DNA of 61,310 nt, the filler included, from Sphacelaria rigidula (lineage: Eukaryota), in the NCBI GenBank assembly GCA_964200075.2. It is 4 parts of 4 records of this genome, joined end to end, with 100 filler letters (N's around TTAATTAATTAA, not from the genome) between each part and the next. Parts side by side here need not be neighbours in the genome. Positions count along the whole stretch, not along the records: positions 1 to 15,254 come from CAXNAA020001836.1; 3 more parts are not named here. One strand, given 5' to 3'. Below the pieces are notes generated by a model. That model was not told the origin of the DNA. It did not search any database and saw only the letters and a program-made list of their open reading frames with translations. The stretch's first letter is position 1. Each line of letters starts with the position of its first letter. A program made the position numbers and the translations under genes. This document shows positions 1-12,510 of this stretch, in pieces.

Positions 1-160
1 GGCTTTGTAGGGATGCGAGGTCAATGGTCTGATGACTATGGCAGGCATGATCATGAGTACACCCCCCCCCCCTGTGAGTACGCGAGGTCAATGGTCTTAT
101 GACTATGACATGCATGATCATGAGTACACCCATGAGTATGCCCTCCCCCTCCCCCCCCTG
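1..160 (+). repeat. Dispersed repeat family A (ggctttgtagggatgcgaggtcaat...catgatcatgagtacaccccc), with internal tandem duplication
   Basis: Similar sequence at 41221-41315 (+) and 33972-34040, 43070-43165, 54040-54100 (-); the cgaggtcaatggtct..atgactatg..catgatcatgagtacacc segment occurs twice within 1-135. Confidence 0.75.
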
Positions 161-1410
161 CGCCCCCAAAAACTCGAATTTTCGATCTTAGGGCCTACGT
201 GTCCCGAAAAGTATTTTTGACAAACTCTTGGTTGAAAGATCAAAATATCCGCCAACATCGAACCCGGAGCATACCGGATTATACAGCGGGGCAAACCTGC
301 AGCTACGAGCGTGTGTTCTAGTCTCAAGAGAATCCCGGGAGCTGCGGCCGTATGCGCGAGCTAATAACGGCATGGAACAACCAAAGCATCTATCTCCGGT
401 TCCTCAACTTGATCTGTTTCAGCTTTGTCCAACCGCGGGTCTATTCGAAGTATTGCCCACGGCCCTCAGTTGTTCAGCACCGAATCACCAAATAATCCAT
501 CACACATATGTGTTGGATATTTTGATACTGTTTTGTCCTTCGTGACGCAGGATGCCTCCCTCCTCCCGTTTTTCGGGCCGTTTCCTGGAGGATAGGATGA
601 GGTTCTGGGTTGAAATGTGATGGGTCCTTGATGACACTTGTAGGATTCTCCCCTTCCATGTGGTACAGTCCGCATCACTCCTCCTTTTTGTCAGCTTTTT
701 CGTGTGTCTTTGGCGAGAACAAGTTTGTAAAGGTAACCTTGAGACTTATCACCGGCTAGCGGTGAGGATGTTCGTGCATTTCTTATTCGCGTGTGCGATC
801 TCGGTGTCTCCCTGTGCAAAGTCAATAGTCCCTGCTGAAGACGTGTCCGTACTCGGGGGATCTCTGCTTGCTCGTCACTCATCAGTTTTTCTCGTCTACC
901 CCGGTGCAGGTCAGGACTGGAATTAAGGAAATCATTCTCCGAGGAACCCTACGTTGGCGATGGTATTCAAAGGAAACACACGAACTTGTAAAAAAGTCGT
1001 GTTTCGACACCATGCACCGTGATGTTTGTGGGGCACGCTTGAGAGGGGCCACATGAGTCTGTACCTATCACCGCAACATGTGTGCACAAGAGAAACATAA
1101 AAGAGCAGACACATTCGCCTTACCTGCGGTTAGTATAACGAAGGTGGCCCACGATTTCATAGGAGTCTTCGGGCCCTTGACTGCATTTTCTCTGGCATTT
1201 CCCCCCCTACCGTGCAAAAAAAGTTGTGGCGATATCTAGCGTCGCACGCTCCTGGAGAAGAACGCGGTATTGCAGTTGTTAGCGAGGGGGAAGGGTTTCT
1301 TAACCCGCAGTATTTATTTTCGAAAATATTTTTGTGATCCAAACTCTCCTACTGAGTGGAGCAAAAGTGTTGATCATTAGATTTTTCGTGGATTCGGTTG
1401 ATTAAAAACT

Positions 1411-1705
1411 ACAGTAGCACCACCAACGGGAGAGTGATGCCGCGAACCCCCCCCCAAACAACCCCAAAAATATCGCGAAGAAAATGATCATACAGGGCAT
1501 GATAAATGGTTTCAGATTTCATGGAGCCCCTCATGTTGGTGACATTGGCGAAAGCGATCTCAAGCATGGGAGTTCCCAGATGCTCGGTATGCTCGGCTTC
1601 TGTCATTTTGGTTTACATGTAGGTTTTGCTTCCTCAAACCAGCCATTTTTCTGGTGTGTGTGGGGGGAGCTATCGCGGCATCTCTCTCATTGAATGGCGT
1701 CTAGT
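1411..1705. mobile_element. MITE-like element with imperfect terminal inverted repeats
   Basis: gagagtgatgccgcgaacccccccc..ccaaaaa (1430-1470) is the imperfect reverse complement of tttttctggtgtgtgtggggggagctatcgcggcatctctctc (1646-1688); no coding capacity. Confidence 0.55.
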
Positions 1706-2063
1706 ATCTTCGATCGAGATTCAGTCTCGCCACGTACCGTTGTTTGTCCTTCCTCTAGTGATACTCTGCAATCAAGCCATTCCAGCACTACTTGGCACTG
1801 CACTAAAGTCCAGCAGTCGGCAGTAACTGGAGTCTCCACAAAATTCATCTTGTTAATGAACACATTATGCACTGACATGGAGTACTTGTACTGATCTGCC
1901 CCCCGGCCTCAAACTCCTCTACGTTCTTTTTCATCGTTTTTTTTAGTATTTCTTTCCAGCACCTTCTCTTTTTTTGTACCCGATCTACCGCTGGTCTTTC
2001 ACCAGTTGCACGAGTTGTTTTCTTACTCGCTTAACTCTGAGGGCGTCTTCATTTGTTGCGTCA

Positions 2064-2100
2064 TGGGTGGCAGCCGGGACTTGAACCCGGGACCTTCTGC
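2064..2100 (-). repeat. tRNA-like 3' half (SINE head or tRNA relic)
   Basis: Minus strand reads gcagaaggtcccgggttcaagtcccggctgccacc, a T-arm/B-box GGTTCAAGTCC; no full cloverleaf seen. Confidence 0.45.
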
Positions 2101-2628
2101 CCATGAACCCTACAGAACCATGTCATGTTGTCGCCAACGTGAAACGGTGATGAGCCCTCGACGGGCACATGCACAATTTCTCCCCTTTTATGCGATTATA
2201 TCCACATTTTCCATGATTGCTCACGCATAAATGCTTGAAATCTCGGCGCTGCCGCCCGAGCGCTCAAAAGACCTTTGCATTTGACAATAACTTGATCCAA
2301 CTGCGAATGTGGTGGACAATAACAAAGTCAAATGAGTAGCATCCCCCACTCATCCACCCGTCCGGCTGTTTTCGGGGGAAATCGGGTTCTTTTACCATTT
2401 CTGGAAAACCACTCATGGACCCCGTTACGACATCGATTTGAAAGGGTACTTCGAGCTGTAGCTTGCATCAACTATATGGTCACCGGCTTTACAAGAGGGT
2501 TTGATACGGGCTTACTCAGTTCTACACCACCCGTTCACGATGCTGTTTGCCGCGTGTTCGCTTCCCCGACCTATTGACCGATCAACACAATAACGTTCAT
2601 CAATCACGCTCTTGTTTCCCCTCGGTAG

Positions 2629-5600
2629 TTCGACAGCCGAATGGACGAGGCGTTGAAGCAGGAGTATCTGGATGAGCTCCTGGTTCTCAGGTGAGGTGAT
2701 GTGATGTGCAGTATGAGGTGTGGTGTGCTTGTCTCCAAACGTCCAAGTGTTTTTGCTGCAAAATATCTGGCAGCCTACCTCCCGCGTGGTGTCCAGAGCT
2801 CGGTAAAGGTTGCCCGGCGTTTTATGCTACATGAATAATGTATTATAGCAGTCTTTGTAAAGGCACATACAGTGCCTGGGTATTTCGAAAAAAACGCCGT
2901 TGTCTCTAGAACAACACGGGTACATAGACGGTACTCAAGTACTCGATCGGGTAATTCCGAGTGTGGCTGCGGCGAAACGGTGCTTTCATCATCCATGCTG
3001 TGTTCTTCGCGCTTCTGAAAGAGTTGGAAAGACGCGATGCCGAATATTGTAGATATTCGCAAGCATACTTTACGTACGTACCACGCATCTCGCTGTGCCA
3101 GGTTTCACGAGATGGTGGTTGAACCTCTTGATCTCCACCACAAAAGGAGGGGAGCGGTTATTCGTCGCATGCTCTCTTCCCCTTCACTCTTTGTCTGCGA
3201 AGCATTTACTTTGAGTACGTGGGTCCCAATGTAAACATGTGTGACTCGGTCCTAATGTACGAATCCTCCTGCAATAAACACTCGAAAGGAATTCACTGCC
3301 AAAGTGTTATACACGCAGAGTTATTATCCACTGTTCGGTATTGCGGTGATGGCACGGAATGGCAAACTACTAGAATTTCGTGCGGCGTGTTACCCGAGGT
3401 TACCAAGTTCAGACACAATCTCAATAACTGCTTAGTTTCGGTGTGATGTACAGTACTACAGTACTCCGGGATATTACAGCAGTCTAGTTACTTTTCGTTC
3501 CCGTGCGGATTCGGTAACTTTTGGATCGCTCAGTACTTTGGTGTTGTGTTTGGTGTCGTTACGTAAGCTCACTTGGTTCCAGTCGTTTGGGTGGAGTTAA
3601 CACCTACGTGATTGACTTCATTCTCGTGTCAAAACCTACTTGATGTTGGTATGGATGCACTAACTGCTCGATTTCAATGTTCGACGTTTTCCAACGTCTG
3701 TGTCTCTAGCAAATTACGTTTCCAGGGATTTGGATGGAATTTAGTCACGCAAAATTTCTGCATTTGTTATGAATCAATTCTGGCATCCACACCTTCGAGT
3801 AAACTGTCCCATTTCGACTCCTGGGATGAACGCAAAGTCTGCGAAGAAACACTCTACAATAACAATCCCACAGCGGGAGGGGGGTCAAATGTGTCCGTAA
3901 GTGGCTCCTTCCAGAAAGTGGTTTCTTCTATAAAAAAAATGACTCCCTCTAGGAAACAAAAACCCACCCCTGGAGTGCGGTGAATCCACGCAACTATATG
4001 CTCATTTGACTTTTGAAGCCAAAAGGCCAGATGACATTGAGTCGTTACCGCTGTTCCTGAAGCGACGTCTCGCAAAGCTTCCTTCGTATGTGCAATAATG
4101 CGTTTGTCCAACGATTTGGTCAACCCCCCGTCCGCCCCCTCCCCCCGCCGTCGCTGCCAGAATGGGATGGATGATGAATGACTCATAGACCCTGGTCAGT
4201 GTTTTGGTGCTGTCAACTTATTGCACAAAAAAGTACTGCGGTACATGTCGACGTTCATTCAATGCGCAAAATTCCCGCCAGCACATCCTACTCCAACTTG
4301 AACTGTTAAAATTCATTTCCGTCGAATTTCCCCCACACGTACAGGTTGAGGTCTCGTCGGCACGTCGGCACGTCGTCGGGCCATGTGGTATTCCTAGTAA
4401 ATACTAGTATTACTAGTATTACTAGTATCAGCAGTGCAGGGTCTTGTATTTGCAGTGACACCACACGTGTTGGCAATTTCCTGATTTTGTGGTTTGCGCT
4501 TTCATATGCCTAGGGCAGTTTTTCTCCACGAGAGGGGTGGGGTGGAGAGGTGCAAGGGTATCCGAAATCCCGGTCTGCAGGTACCCACCCTCGGCTGCCT
4601 TCCTCGACCCGCGTCGCATGTCATTGCCTGGCATCTCAAGTGCACCTTCACCTTCATTAATGTTCTCCGTCGTTTACCAGTCAGTACTGGCGGCAACGGG
4701 GGGATGCGACGACATGTAATAAACTGCATCGATGGGATGTCAACCGATCCGCATGCCTTTTTGACGCGGTATGATGGAGATACTGTAGCTCGCCTCTTGG
4801 GGATCGTGTTCCGCACGAACGTGTCAAAGATCGGCGACTATCACAGTACCTCGTGCACCGGGCACTTTGAGAATAAGTACAAGTAGCTCGGGTGAACCTG
4901 GTCTTTTTTCTGAAAACACCTCCTCCTTTCAAAGCATCCTGTTCCGTAGTTGATTTCGCCAGCCGATACCAATCTCAAGTAGTGTCCGCTTTTACGACGC
5001 CGATGGCAGCGCAAGACGATGTTCGTGCTGGTCAACGTACATTGCCGTCTAAATGTCTGCCCTCGTCCTCGTCTTCAACTTATCTCGTGTCTCTTATGTT
5101 TCATCCATAATCGCACAGCCAACTCGACCACCCGAATATCGTGCACCTGCACGGGGCGTGCATGACACCGCCTCGACTGTTCTACGTCATGGAATTGTGC
5201 GAAATGTCGCTATTCCATCTCCTGCATCAGTGCCGTCGATGTATCGCCACGAAAGCGAGGGTACGGATGGCGGTGAGATGGTGTACATTAGACGTCGTGT
5301 AAGGCCCCCGACAAGCGCGCTCCTCCACTCGAATGTGTTGATCTCTTAAGAGCAGGAACGTGTTATTTCGCGTACCGAGAATGGTCACTTGGTGACAATG
5401 GGCGATGCACAGCCGACAACCCTTTGAAAACGACCGCTTCCCGGCGACCCTGAAGAGTTACTGATACACGGTGTTTAGTGGCGGTTGACTACTAGTTCAG
5501 TGAAACACCGCTTTTGGTTCCAGAATAACCCCCGAACGTGCCCCTCCATGTCCCTCCACGTCCGCGCACGTAGTTGGATATATCGAGGTCCATGGCATAT

Positions 5601-6429
5601 TTGCACTCGCGCGATCCTCCAATTATCCACCGAGATCTCAAGAGCCTCAACCTCTTGTTGGCTAGCGACAATGTTACTGTGAAACTGTGCGACTTCGGAT
5701 TAGTGCGGTGAGTGCATCCCCAGTACAGAACTGCACACACTTGCACTGTAATAGTCATGTTTGGCGTCTCGAACCCATGCCTTCTCAGGGCTAAGGACCT
5801 GCGCCACAATGGGTTTGTGAATTTTGCACATGCTCATGCTAAGTGATTCGATCTCTTCTTGACGCGTCAACTCGCAGAACGACAGTCACAGCGGCGGGCA
5901 CCCCGGCATACATGGCGCCGGAGTTGCTGCAAGGTCGTCCTTTCAACAAGACTGTCGATGTCTATGCGTTCGGCATACTATTGTGGGAGGTCAGTTGGTC
6001 TCTGCGTCACACTATTGTGGGAGGCCAGATGGTCATTTGCGTTGGACGCTGTAAGTAGTTCACGCGTTCAGTTATAGATGGTGAAAGCAAAATGCACAAA
6101 TAATAGTATACTGCTGTGTATGCTCAGCACGGTCTCCGTTATGTACTGATGACGACGATACTTACTCGCTGCTAGGGAAAGGGTGAAGTGATAGTGTGTG
6201 TCATCAGAGTGAAGGGATAGTGCAGTTGTGAAATCGAAAACGACCCAGCGGTCGGCAAAGTGCATGATGACATTATCGCTGCTCTTGAGTAGGACACGCC
6301 TCATGGTTTGCTGCGCTTATCACCCTCCCATCAATACCGATCGACCAGATATTTACTCGTGAGGTGCCGTTCAACGGATATGAGTTGGAAGATGTGCGGG
6401 AAACGGTCGTCAGCGGTGGGCGACCTCAG
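2629..6429 (+). CDS. Tyrosine-kinase-like (TKL/Raf-like) protein kinase, partial; exons 2629-2690, 5119-5272, 5574-5707, 5878-5989, 6349-6429
   Basis: Exons splice in phase to [48 protein letters not shown]...[29 protein letters not shown]...[74 protein letters not shown] (subdomains [15 protein letters not shown], GTxxYMAPE, DVYAFG). AG/GT borders are canonical and the last donor is probably GC. Gly-loop/VAIK and subdomain XI exons were not found. Confidence 0.93.
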
Positions 6430-6789
6430 GCGAGAGAATGCGTACAATCACACTTTATCTACAACGCCTGGAGTAAATGCGCAGTTGTTGGACATTTCGT
6501 ACAATATTTTCTCGTGCTTTTGTTGTTGTCGCGTCGCACACAAAGTGAGTATTGAGTATGGCAGTATGAGCTGAGACCAAACGAAGGAGCGTTTCGGCAG
6601 GGTGTAGCTCGAACCGCAGCAGGCCGTACCACAGAAGATGGAACTCCTGTCAGCAGTATAAACGCCATAACATATACCTCACGCTCTGACCCATCATCAG
6701 ACAGACCACTTGGATCGCTCACACCACGCTGGCAGATCTCAGACGGCGTATTGATTCATTGACTTGATTTTGTTAATCAATTTTCGCAC

Positions 6790-7180
6790 AAGAGCTACTT
6801 ATCCACCACGAATCCAGGCATCGTCAAAATATGAGCGTGAACTATCGCCATAAACTCGCTGAAGGAAACTCAAGAAAGGACGAAGACATGGAAGGAAGAC
6901 AAGAAAGGGAGGGAGGGCGGGAGGAAGACAAGGGAGGAAAGAAGGAAGGAAAGAAGGAAGGAAGGAAGAGCAAACAAACATATGAAGACCGAAACCAAAG
7001 GGAAAAGACGAAAGAAGAGAAGAGAATAAAAAAGGAAGTAAACACAAAAATATAGAAAAAGCGAGGCTGATGTCTATTTTAGTACCGATCTCGGGAAAAA
7101 ACGATAGAAACCAAACTAGCTGGCCGCCGTCGCATGGCTTCAGGTAAAGAGCACGTACGCAAACATGCCACATGAAACAA
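6790..7180 (-). mobile_element. Probable LINE 3'-UTR fragment
   Basis: Purine-rich tract; ggcttcaggtaaagagcacgtac resembles the reverse complement of 44640-44665 in another LINE-tail-like segment. Confidence 0.4.
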
Positions 7181-10100
7181 GACAAGGTCGCAAAGTAAGG
7201 TCGCAACTCCGACATCAAAGGACCACACGTCTCAAGTATCTAAGGGTCACGCTAGTTGGGCAGGAACTGTCACCCACGAGCTCTGCAAGAGCGAGACACA
7301 AACACCATGATGCGGGATCAGAAAGAAAGAGCGTGAAGGAAGGAAGGAGAAGAAGAAGAGCAGAAGAGAGGGAAGAAAGGAAGATAAACACAGAGAACAA
7401 GAGAGAACAAGAGAGCGGGTGGAGGGGGGGGGGGGCAAGAGGGGGACAAAGAGAGTCAACAACCGGTAGGACAAGACAAGGCTTACTAGTTCCCGTGCTA
7501 CTCCAGTCTTCCCCGCTCATCTCTAGTGAGATGGTCAGGTGGAAAGCGGGCCACTCCTCGACTATTTTCATCGCGGATTTCTCGGATTCCTCGAAGGCTG
7601 TTGCTGCTGTTCTTGTTTTTTCACCAGCGGTGTCGGCTTTCTGTTCGACGGCTCTCAATCCAATCTCAATCCAACAGCCTATTGCTTGTGACGAGCTCGG
7701 ATTGGCATGTCTTCGCGGCGCCACGCCTGCTTTGAATTCTCCGCCCCCTTTCTCGATCCCCAGGTGCCATTTACCCACGTTCTTCGCGCCATTGACCTCC
7801 ATACCATTGATGGACCATTTTCTTTGCTTTCCCTTGTGTGAGGCAGCCCCAAGCGCACGCAGGTCCTCCTGGAGACGATCCCCCCAGTGCCCAGTGTCTT
7901 GGCGGCCGGCCAGCCTCCTCGGGCGCTTGTGCGATCAACCGTCCGAATATGATGCGCTTCGAAATACGCGTTCCGTCCTGTACGACGAAGAAGCATCCTC
8001 GCGAGCTAAAGTCCACGCTTGCGAAGAACCTTCTCGATACGCTCGCAGTCGGCCATCTCGAGCACAGCTCTAAATGAAAAAGGCTTGCTTCCGGTGCGAT
8101 CCTTCCTGCGGATTTTACCTGCTCGCAGTGAAAGCTCATGGCGGAGAGTGCGTGCGCACGCAGGCTTTCGAATTTCTCTGGGCGGGATATCCATGTAGTA
8201 CATCTGTACAGCAAAACTTCCACCACCGCTTCGAGGGACCAGGTTTTCAGGGAAAGCCAGGCGTTGGGACGGTTGTATAAAAACAAAATCAGACTTTCCG
8301 AGGCATACCCACGCTGGGCTGATAAGCGCTTGATTGCGATGGAAATTTTCTCGTGTGTGCTCACGGCGCTACTAGGGTAGACGAACTTCGTCATCTGCCC
8401 CTACTGTTGCTCTGCTGCCTTGATGTGCAGGTGCAGTGCGATCTCTCGTAGTTGCCTACTGACCGTAGGCGTATGGACTTTGTCTTGCTCTCAGTCACCG
8501 TTAGTCCAAACTCCTCAAAGACCACCGATATCACGCTCATCATCCTAGCCAGCTCGTCTATGGAGCTCAAGGCTCTCCCGTCGTCACCCGCGTATTACAT
8601 TCACCATACCGCGCGTCGCACCCTCTTCAGCGGCGTCTCACGACCCTTATTTTCTAGCGCATCATCTAGATATACCAAGTCTCAGACGATGGCTAGGCCT
8701 GCCGCGACGCGCTCTGTGACCACATTGAGCAGTGCTGCGCCGAAGATGATGAAGAGCAACCGGGACGGAAAGCACCCTTGTCTCAGTCCCTGGCACGCGT
8801 GAACTCTGATGATGGGTCACTATCCTGCCAGCTGTACGCTAGGTCGCATGCCGCCGTGAAACATGCAAGTAACCTTGATCAGTCTCAGCGGGAGCCTAAA
8901 TTTTGAGCAAGTGCTTCCCACAAGATCGCACGGTCTACAGACTCCTACTCCTTCTTCAGGTCCATGAAGCACAAGTTCCGTGCGTTTTCGCCCACCCATC
9001 CTTATATCAGTTTCTGCAGTCGGCGTACTTCAAGCATATTTTCACTTGTCGATCATTCGCACTGGAATCCGCACTGTTCTTCCAGGATAAACCCCGCCTC
9101 CTCGCAAAAACTACCGCGGTTGTTGGCCACGACTTCGAGGAGAACTTGATCTGTAGGCGCCACGAGAGAGATGTCCCTGTTCTTACTGCACTCGGCCTAA
9201 CTCGTTTCGTGTTACACTTTGATGTTGCGTGTTACACTTTGATGTTGGCGTCCTTCCACTCCTGTATCAACTATTCAGACGTCCAAACAGCAATGATCAT
9301 GCTCTGGAAGTAGCACAGTATCTCCAAGGACTCCCTGACCAATACAAGCTTGAAAATTTCCGTAGGTAGCCCATCCGGTCCCATCGCTTTACCGTCAACC
9401 GTAGCTCTCAGTCGCTCTTTCTGTTTCATCTAGGATTGCCGGTCTCCAATGATATGTTTTTTCCCGCCGTTGCGCGATGTTCTCGATGGCGGTACGGTCA
9501 ACAGTTGCTGATTTCTGTATTCAGCGAAGTACACTCCCATCTTCCTTAGATTGGACTCTTATGCTGCGGTGATTATTCACCCTCGTCTTTGAGCCTCTCA
9601 TGTCCCCAATTTCAATGTGCTCCTCCAACTCCTTTTGAATACATATCTAGATTCCTGTCTACCTCACCGCAGATTACCTCTTGGAGCCTCCTGCGCGCTG
9701 CCAGTAGGTGCGCCATGCTTGGCTACCCCTCGACCCTACTCGTATCGACAACTTAACCCTTTCCCGCTCAATCCAGGCCTGGTGGAACTCGGCCCGGATC
9801 GTGACGCCCTCGAACCTTATTAACTTTTACACGTGGGTGTCAGGTCGGACATGTCATCAGCATCTTGGTGGATCTCAAGAGCATGTTTGCAAACATTGTA
9901 GCCAGTTGACTGACAGTATCAATGGGATCGCCCTTCTTGAGCTCACTGACGATTCGCTGTATGAGTTCCTCAAGTGTGTCGGTACCAGACGTTAGTCCTC
10001 GCTATATAGGTGCATTTGCGCTCGGTGGGGGTTCACCAGTCTGTTGCGCGCGAATCGGCCAAGAAGTCATACTGTGGCGTATACGATGTTCTGATCTGAG

Positions 10101-10400
10101 TCCGGCGAGATGGACGGTTGGAGGTGGGCAGTGATGGCTCGTACCTGGCGGTAGGCTTGCAGTATGATGGTGATGTCGACACGTTTTCTGTTCGGGGGGC
10201 GGCTCGCGATTGCGTTGAACACACTCGATGTGCATCTTCTTGGGAGTAGAAAATATCTCTTGACCAGGGCAAGCCTGTTGTTTTCTGCCACTAATAGTAA
10301 TGTAGTGCCGATGCTGTCACTGATCCAAAAAGTCCTGCCGTATGTTCCTACTACTTGACGGTTTTTCTCTTCCGTTCGCACGCCAGTCGGAGTTCGCTGT
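7180..10400 (-). mobile_element. Degenerate 5'-truncated RTE-like non-LTR retrotransposon (APE endonuclease C-terminus, RT, C-terminal region)
   Basis: Minus-strand translations: APE-like VVGTYGR...NNRLALVKRYF...KRVDITI...DSDQNIV (10067-10381); RT motifs QGLRQGCFPSRLLFIIF and decayed M*YAGDD..., FGLTV (8450-8800); post-RT KFVYPSS...EVLLYRCTTW...KRIIFGRL...AGRPPRHW (7771-8394); many stops and frameshifts. Confidence 0.88.
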
Positions 10401-10479
10401 CTTCACATTAATATACCGTCCCGATATATTCAGACGCTATCTGGGGTCACAGGCTAACTGCCCGAAATATGGTATACTA

Positions 10480-11750
10480 AAGTCAAATAGAAACAATATT
10501 GGAACCAGAAAATTGCACACATGCGTGATACAATATGAAAGAAATGCGGCTAAACTCATGAGCCCCGGTACTGCAGGCGACCATTCGGACTACTGGAGGC
10601 AGAGCCCAATGTTTCCACTCGACACGCGAATCCGAATATATATGAAACCACACTCAGGAACCGAAGGCCAACAACCATAGCAATAAGAATCGCATGGTTC
10701 TATGCTTGCACCTTCAGGGGGATATTCATATGTACGACTATACTAGGCATAACAAGACAAGTCCCACATAGCGACACACCACCTCGGGGGAGGGGTACAT
10801 CGGAATGCAGGAACTCGTGAGAAAAAAAAGACACGGGGGGATGGTGGGAACTCCTGCCACCTCCATCATGTTCAGTCCGGTATATATCTGTCAACACGTT
10901 CTGCCATCTCCTTCCTGCTCTCCTCGGCCGCATTGGTATCCTCAACTTGAATTATTCCCCTGTTTGTCCTTGTCTGTCCTCTGAGCCATCGTTGCTGTTG
11001 TGCTAGTTTCGTTGACGTCCCGTTAAACCGTACGTTCTCGGCTGGCCTCCTCCTCGTCCTTGTGCCATCGGGCCATAAACCTCTCCGCTCCCTGCAGCAC
11101 CCCCGCAGGCCGCGGTATCCTCCCCTCCTTCGCTGCTGAGGGCCAGAGGACGCTTTCAACTCCAAACGTCTGTGGGCTGTCGTCCATACAGCCGTTCATG
11201 GCTTCAAAAGCTTGAAGATCGCCCCTCAGGCACTCCAGCCAGTTTTGATCCGGGTACCCTGGTCCTGGATCCTCCCCTCCCCCACGAGTTTTCCGACTGT
11301 CAGTCGCTTCGGTAGTCGTCCGTGCGGTCGTCTAGCCTGGGCTCTCGCGAACAACAGTCGCCGTTCCCGGACGATGGGTTCGTGTTATCGTATATCAATG
11401 CAAAAAAATGGCGAATGTTGTGGGGCTGGGTGAAAGTGCCGTCCTACTCAGTACAGAATATGTCCCTCTCTTTTTTTGACCCAGGCGTGTCTGTGGGAAT
11501 ATGGACATCTCGAAACGTGGCAGCATTCGATTCACCCACTAACTTAAAGAGCATGGACATGAGGTGCTCGCTGGTAAAGTCCGGTCTCCACGTAGGCTTC
11601 TTGTGGATCACTGATCCCTTGACCGCCTACACGTAGCAGCCCCATATCATCCAGTCCTTCCCCTGCATCCTTCCGCCCCACTGAACGAGACGTGGTGTTT
11701 TGCGACAGAGACCTCAGCTCCGGTCGCACGAGGGATGTTTCTCTGTTCTG
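10480..11750 (-). mobile_element. Second degenerate RTE-like LINE fragment (C-terminal region and 3' UTR)
   Basis: Minus-strand GEDPGPGYPDQNWLECLRGDLQAF...GVLQGAERFMARWHKDEEEASR (11040-11285) resembles the C-terminus of RTE-clade ORFs; frameshifted. Confidence 0.65.
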
Positions 11751-12163
11751 ATTTTTTTCTTGGTCGATCTATCTAGGTATATTCTAGGTATATTCTGTTC
11801 GCTTTGGTTTCACGAGGATAGTTCAGCCGTCGCAGCCCGCGTCGACCGCCAACTCCACTCCGGCGAATCTGGCATTCACTCACTCGTCTCATCTCCGCCA
11901 ACGCGTTTTCCGTGACGATGTTTTAACTCCGGATAAGAGTCCGCAGCTGCGGGGTTCAGCTTGGGTCCCGCCCGGTGCAGGGGAAACCTCCGCAGCTGTA
12001 GGATGAAGCTTCGAGCAGAGCCATTCTTGAAACTGGTTATTACTCTATTTGCACGGGTACACGGATATTCGTGGGGATAGTGAACAGGAAAATTCCGCAC
12101 GACCAACCACTGCATTGGTAAGTCATTGGAGTCGTACTTGTTGAATTAGGCATCCTCATTTTT

Positions 12164-12510
12164 CGAAGTGAGTCGTGTGAGTCGACCCTGTGCCGTCGTC
12201 ATTATCTTCGCAGTTCGGTCGTAAGAATTGACTCTGAGTCGCCGTCATTTTCGAATTTAGTCGTGAAAGTCGGCTCTGGGTCGTCCATCTTTTCTCAAAA
12301 TTCAATCGTGTGGCTCGACTCTGGATCGTCCCTCATGCTCCGAATTTGGTCTTAGGAACAGACTCTGAGTTATCCCTCAATTGTCAAATTTAGTCTCGGG
12401 ACTTGGCTCTGATTCGTTCTTCATTTCTCGAATTTAGTCGAAGGGGATGATTCTGGCTCACCCCTCATGTCCCGAATTGAGTCATATGGGTCGACGCTAA
12501 GACCCATTAA
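12164..12510. repeat. Degenerate tandem repeat, ~44-bp unit, ~8 copies
   Basis: Units of 43-45 nt, consensus approximately cgaatttagtcgt....ntcgactctg.gtcgtccctcatt.t; about 2 further copies at 13005-13100. Confidence 0.85.

Noticed and set aside
7165-8073. 302-aa plus-strand ORF
   Set aside because: Antisense shadow of the LINE 3' region; low complexity and no domain features
12164-12510. CRISPR-like array
   Set aside because: Units are degenerate along their whole length, with no identical repeat and unique spacer alternation; eukaryotic context and no cas genes
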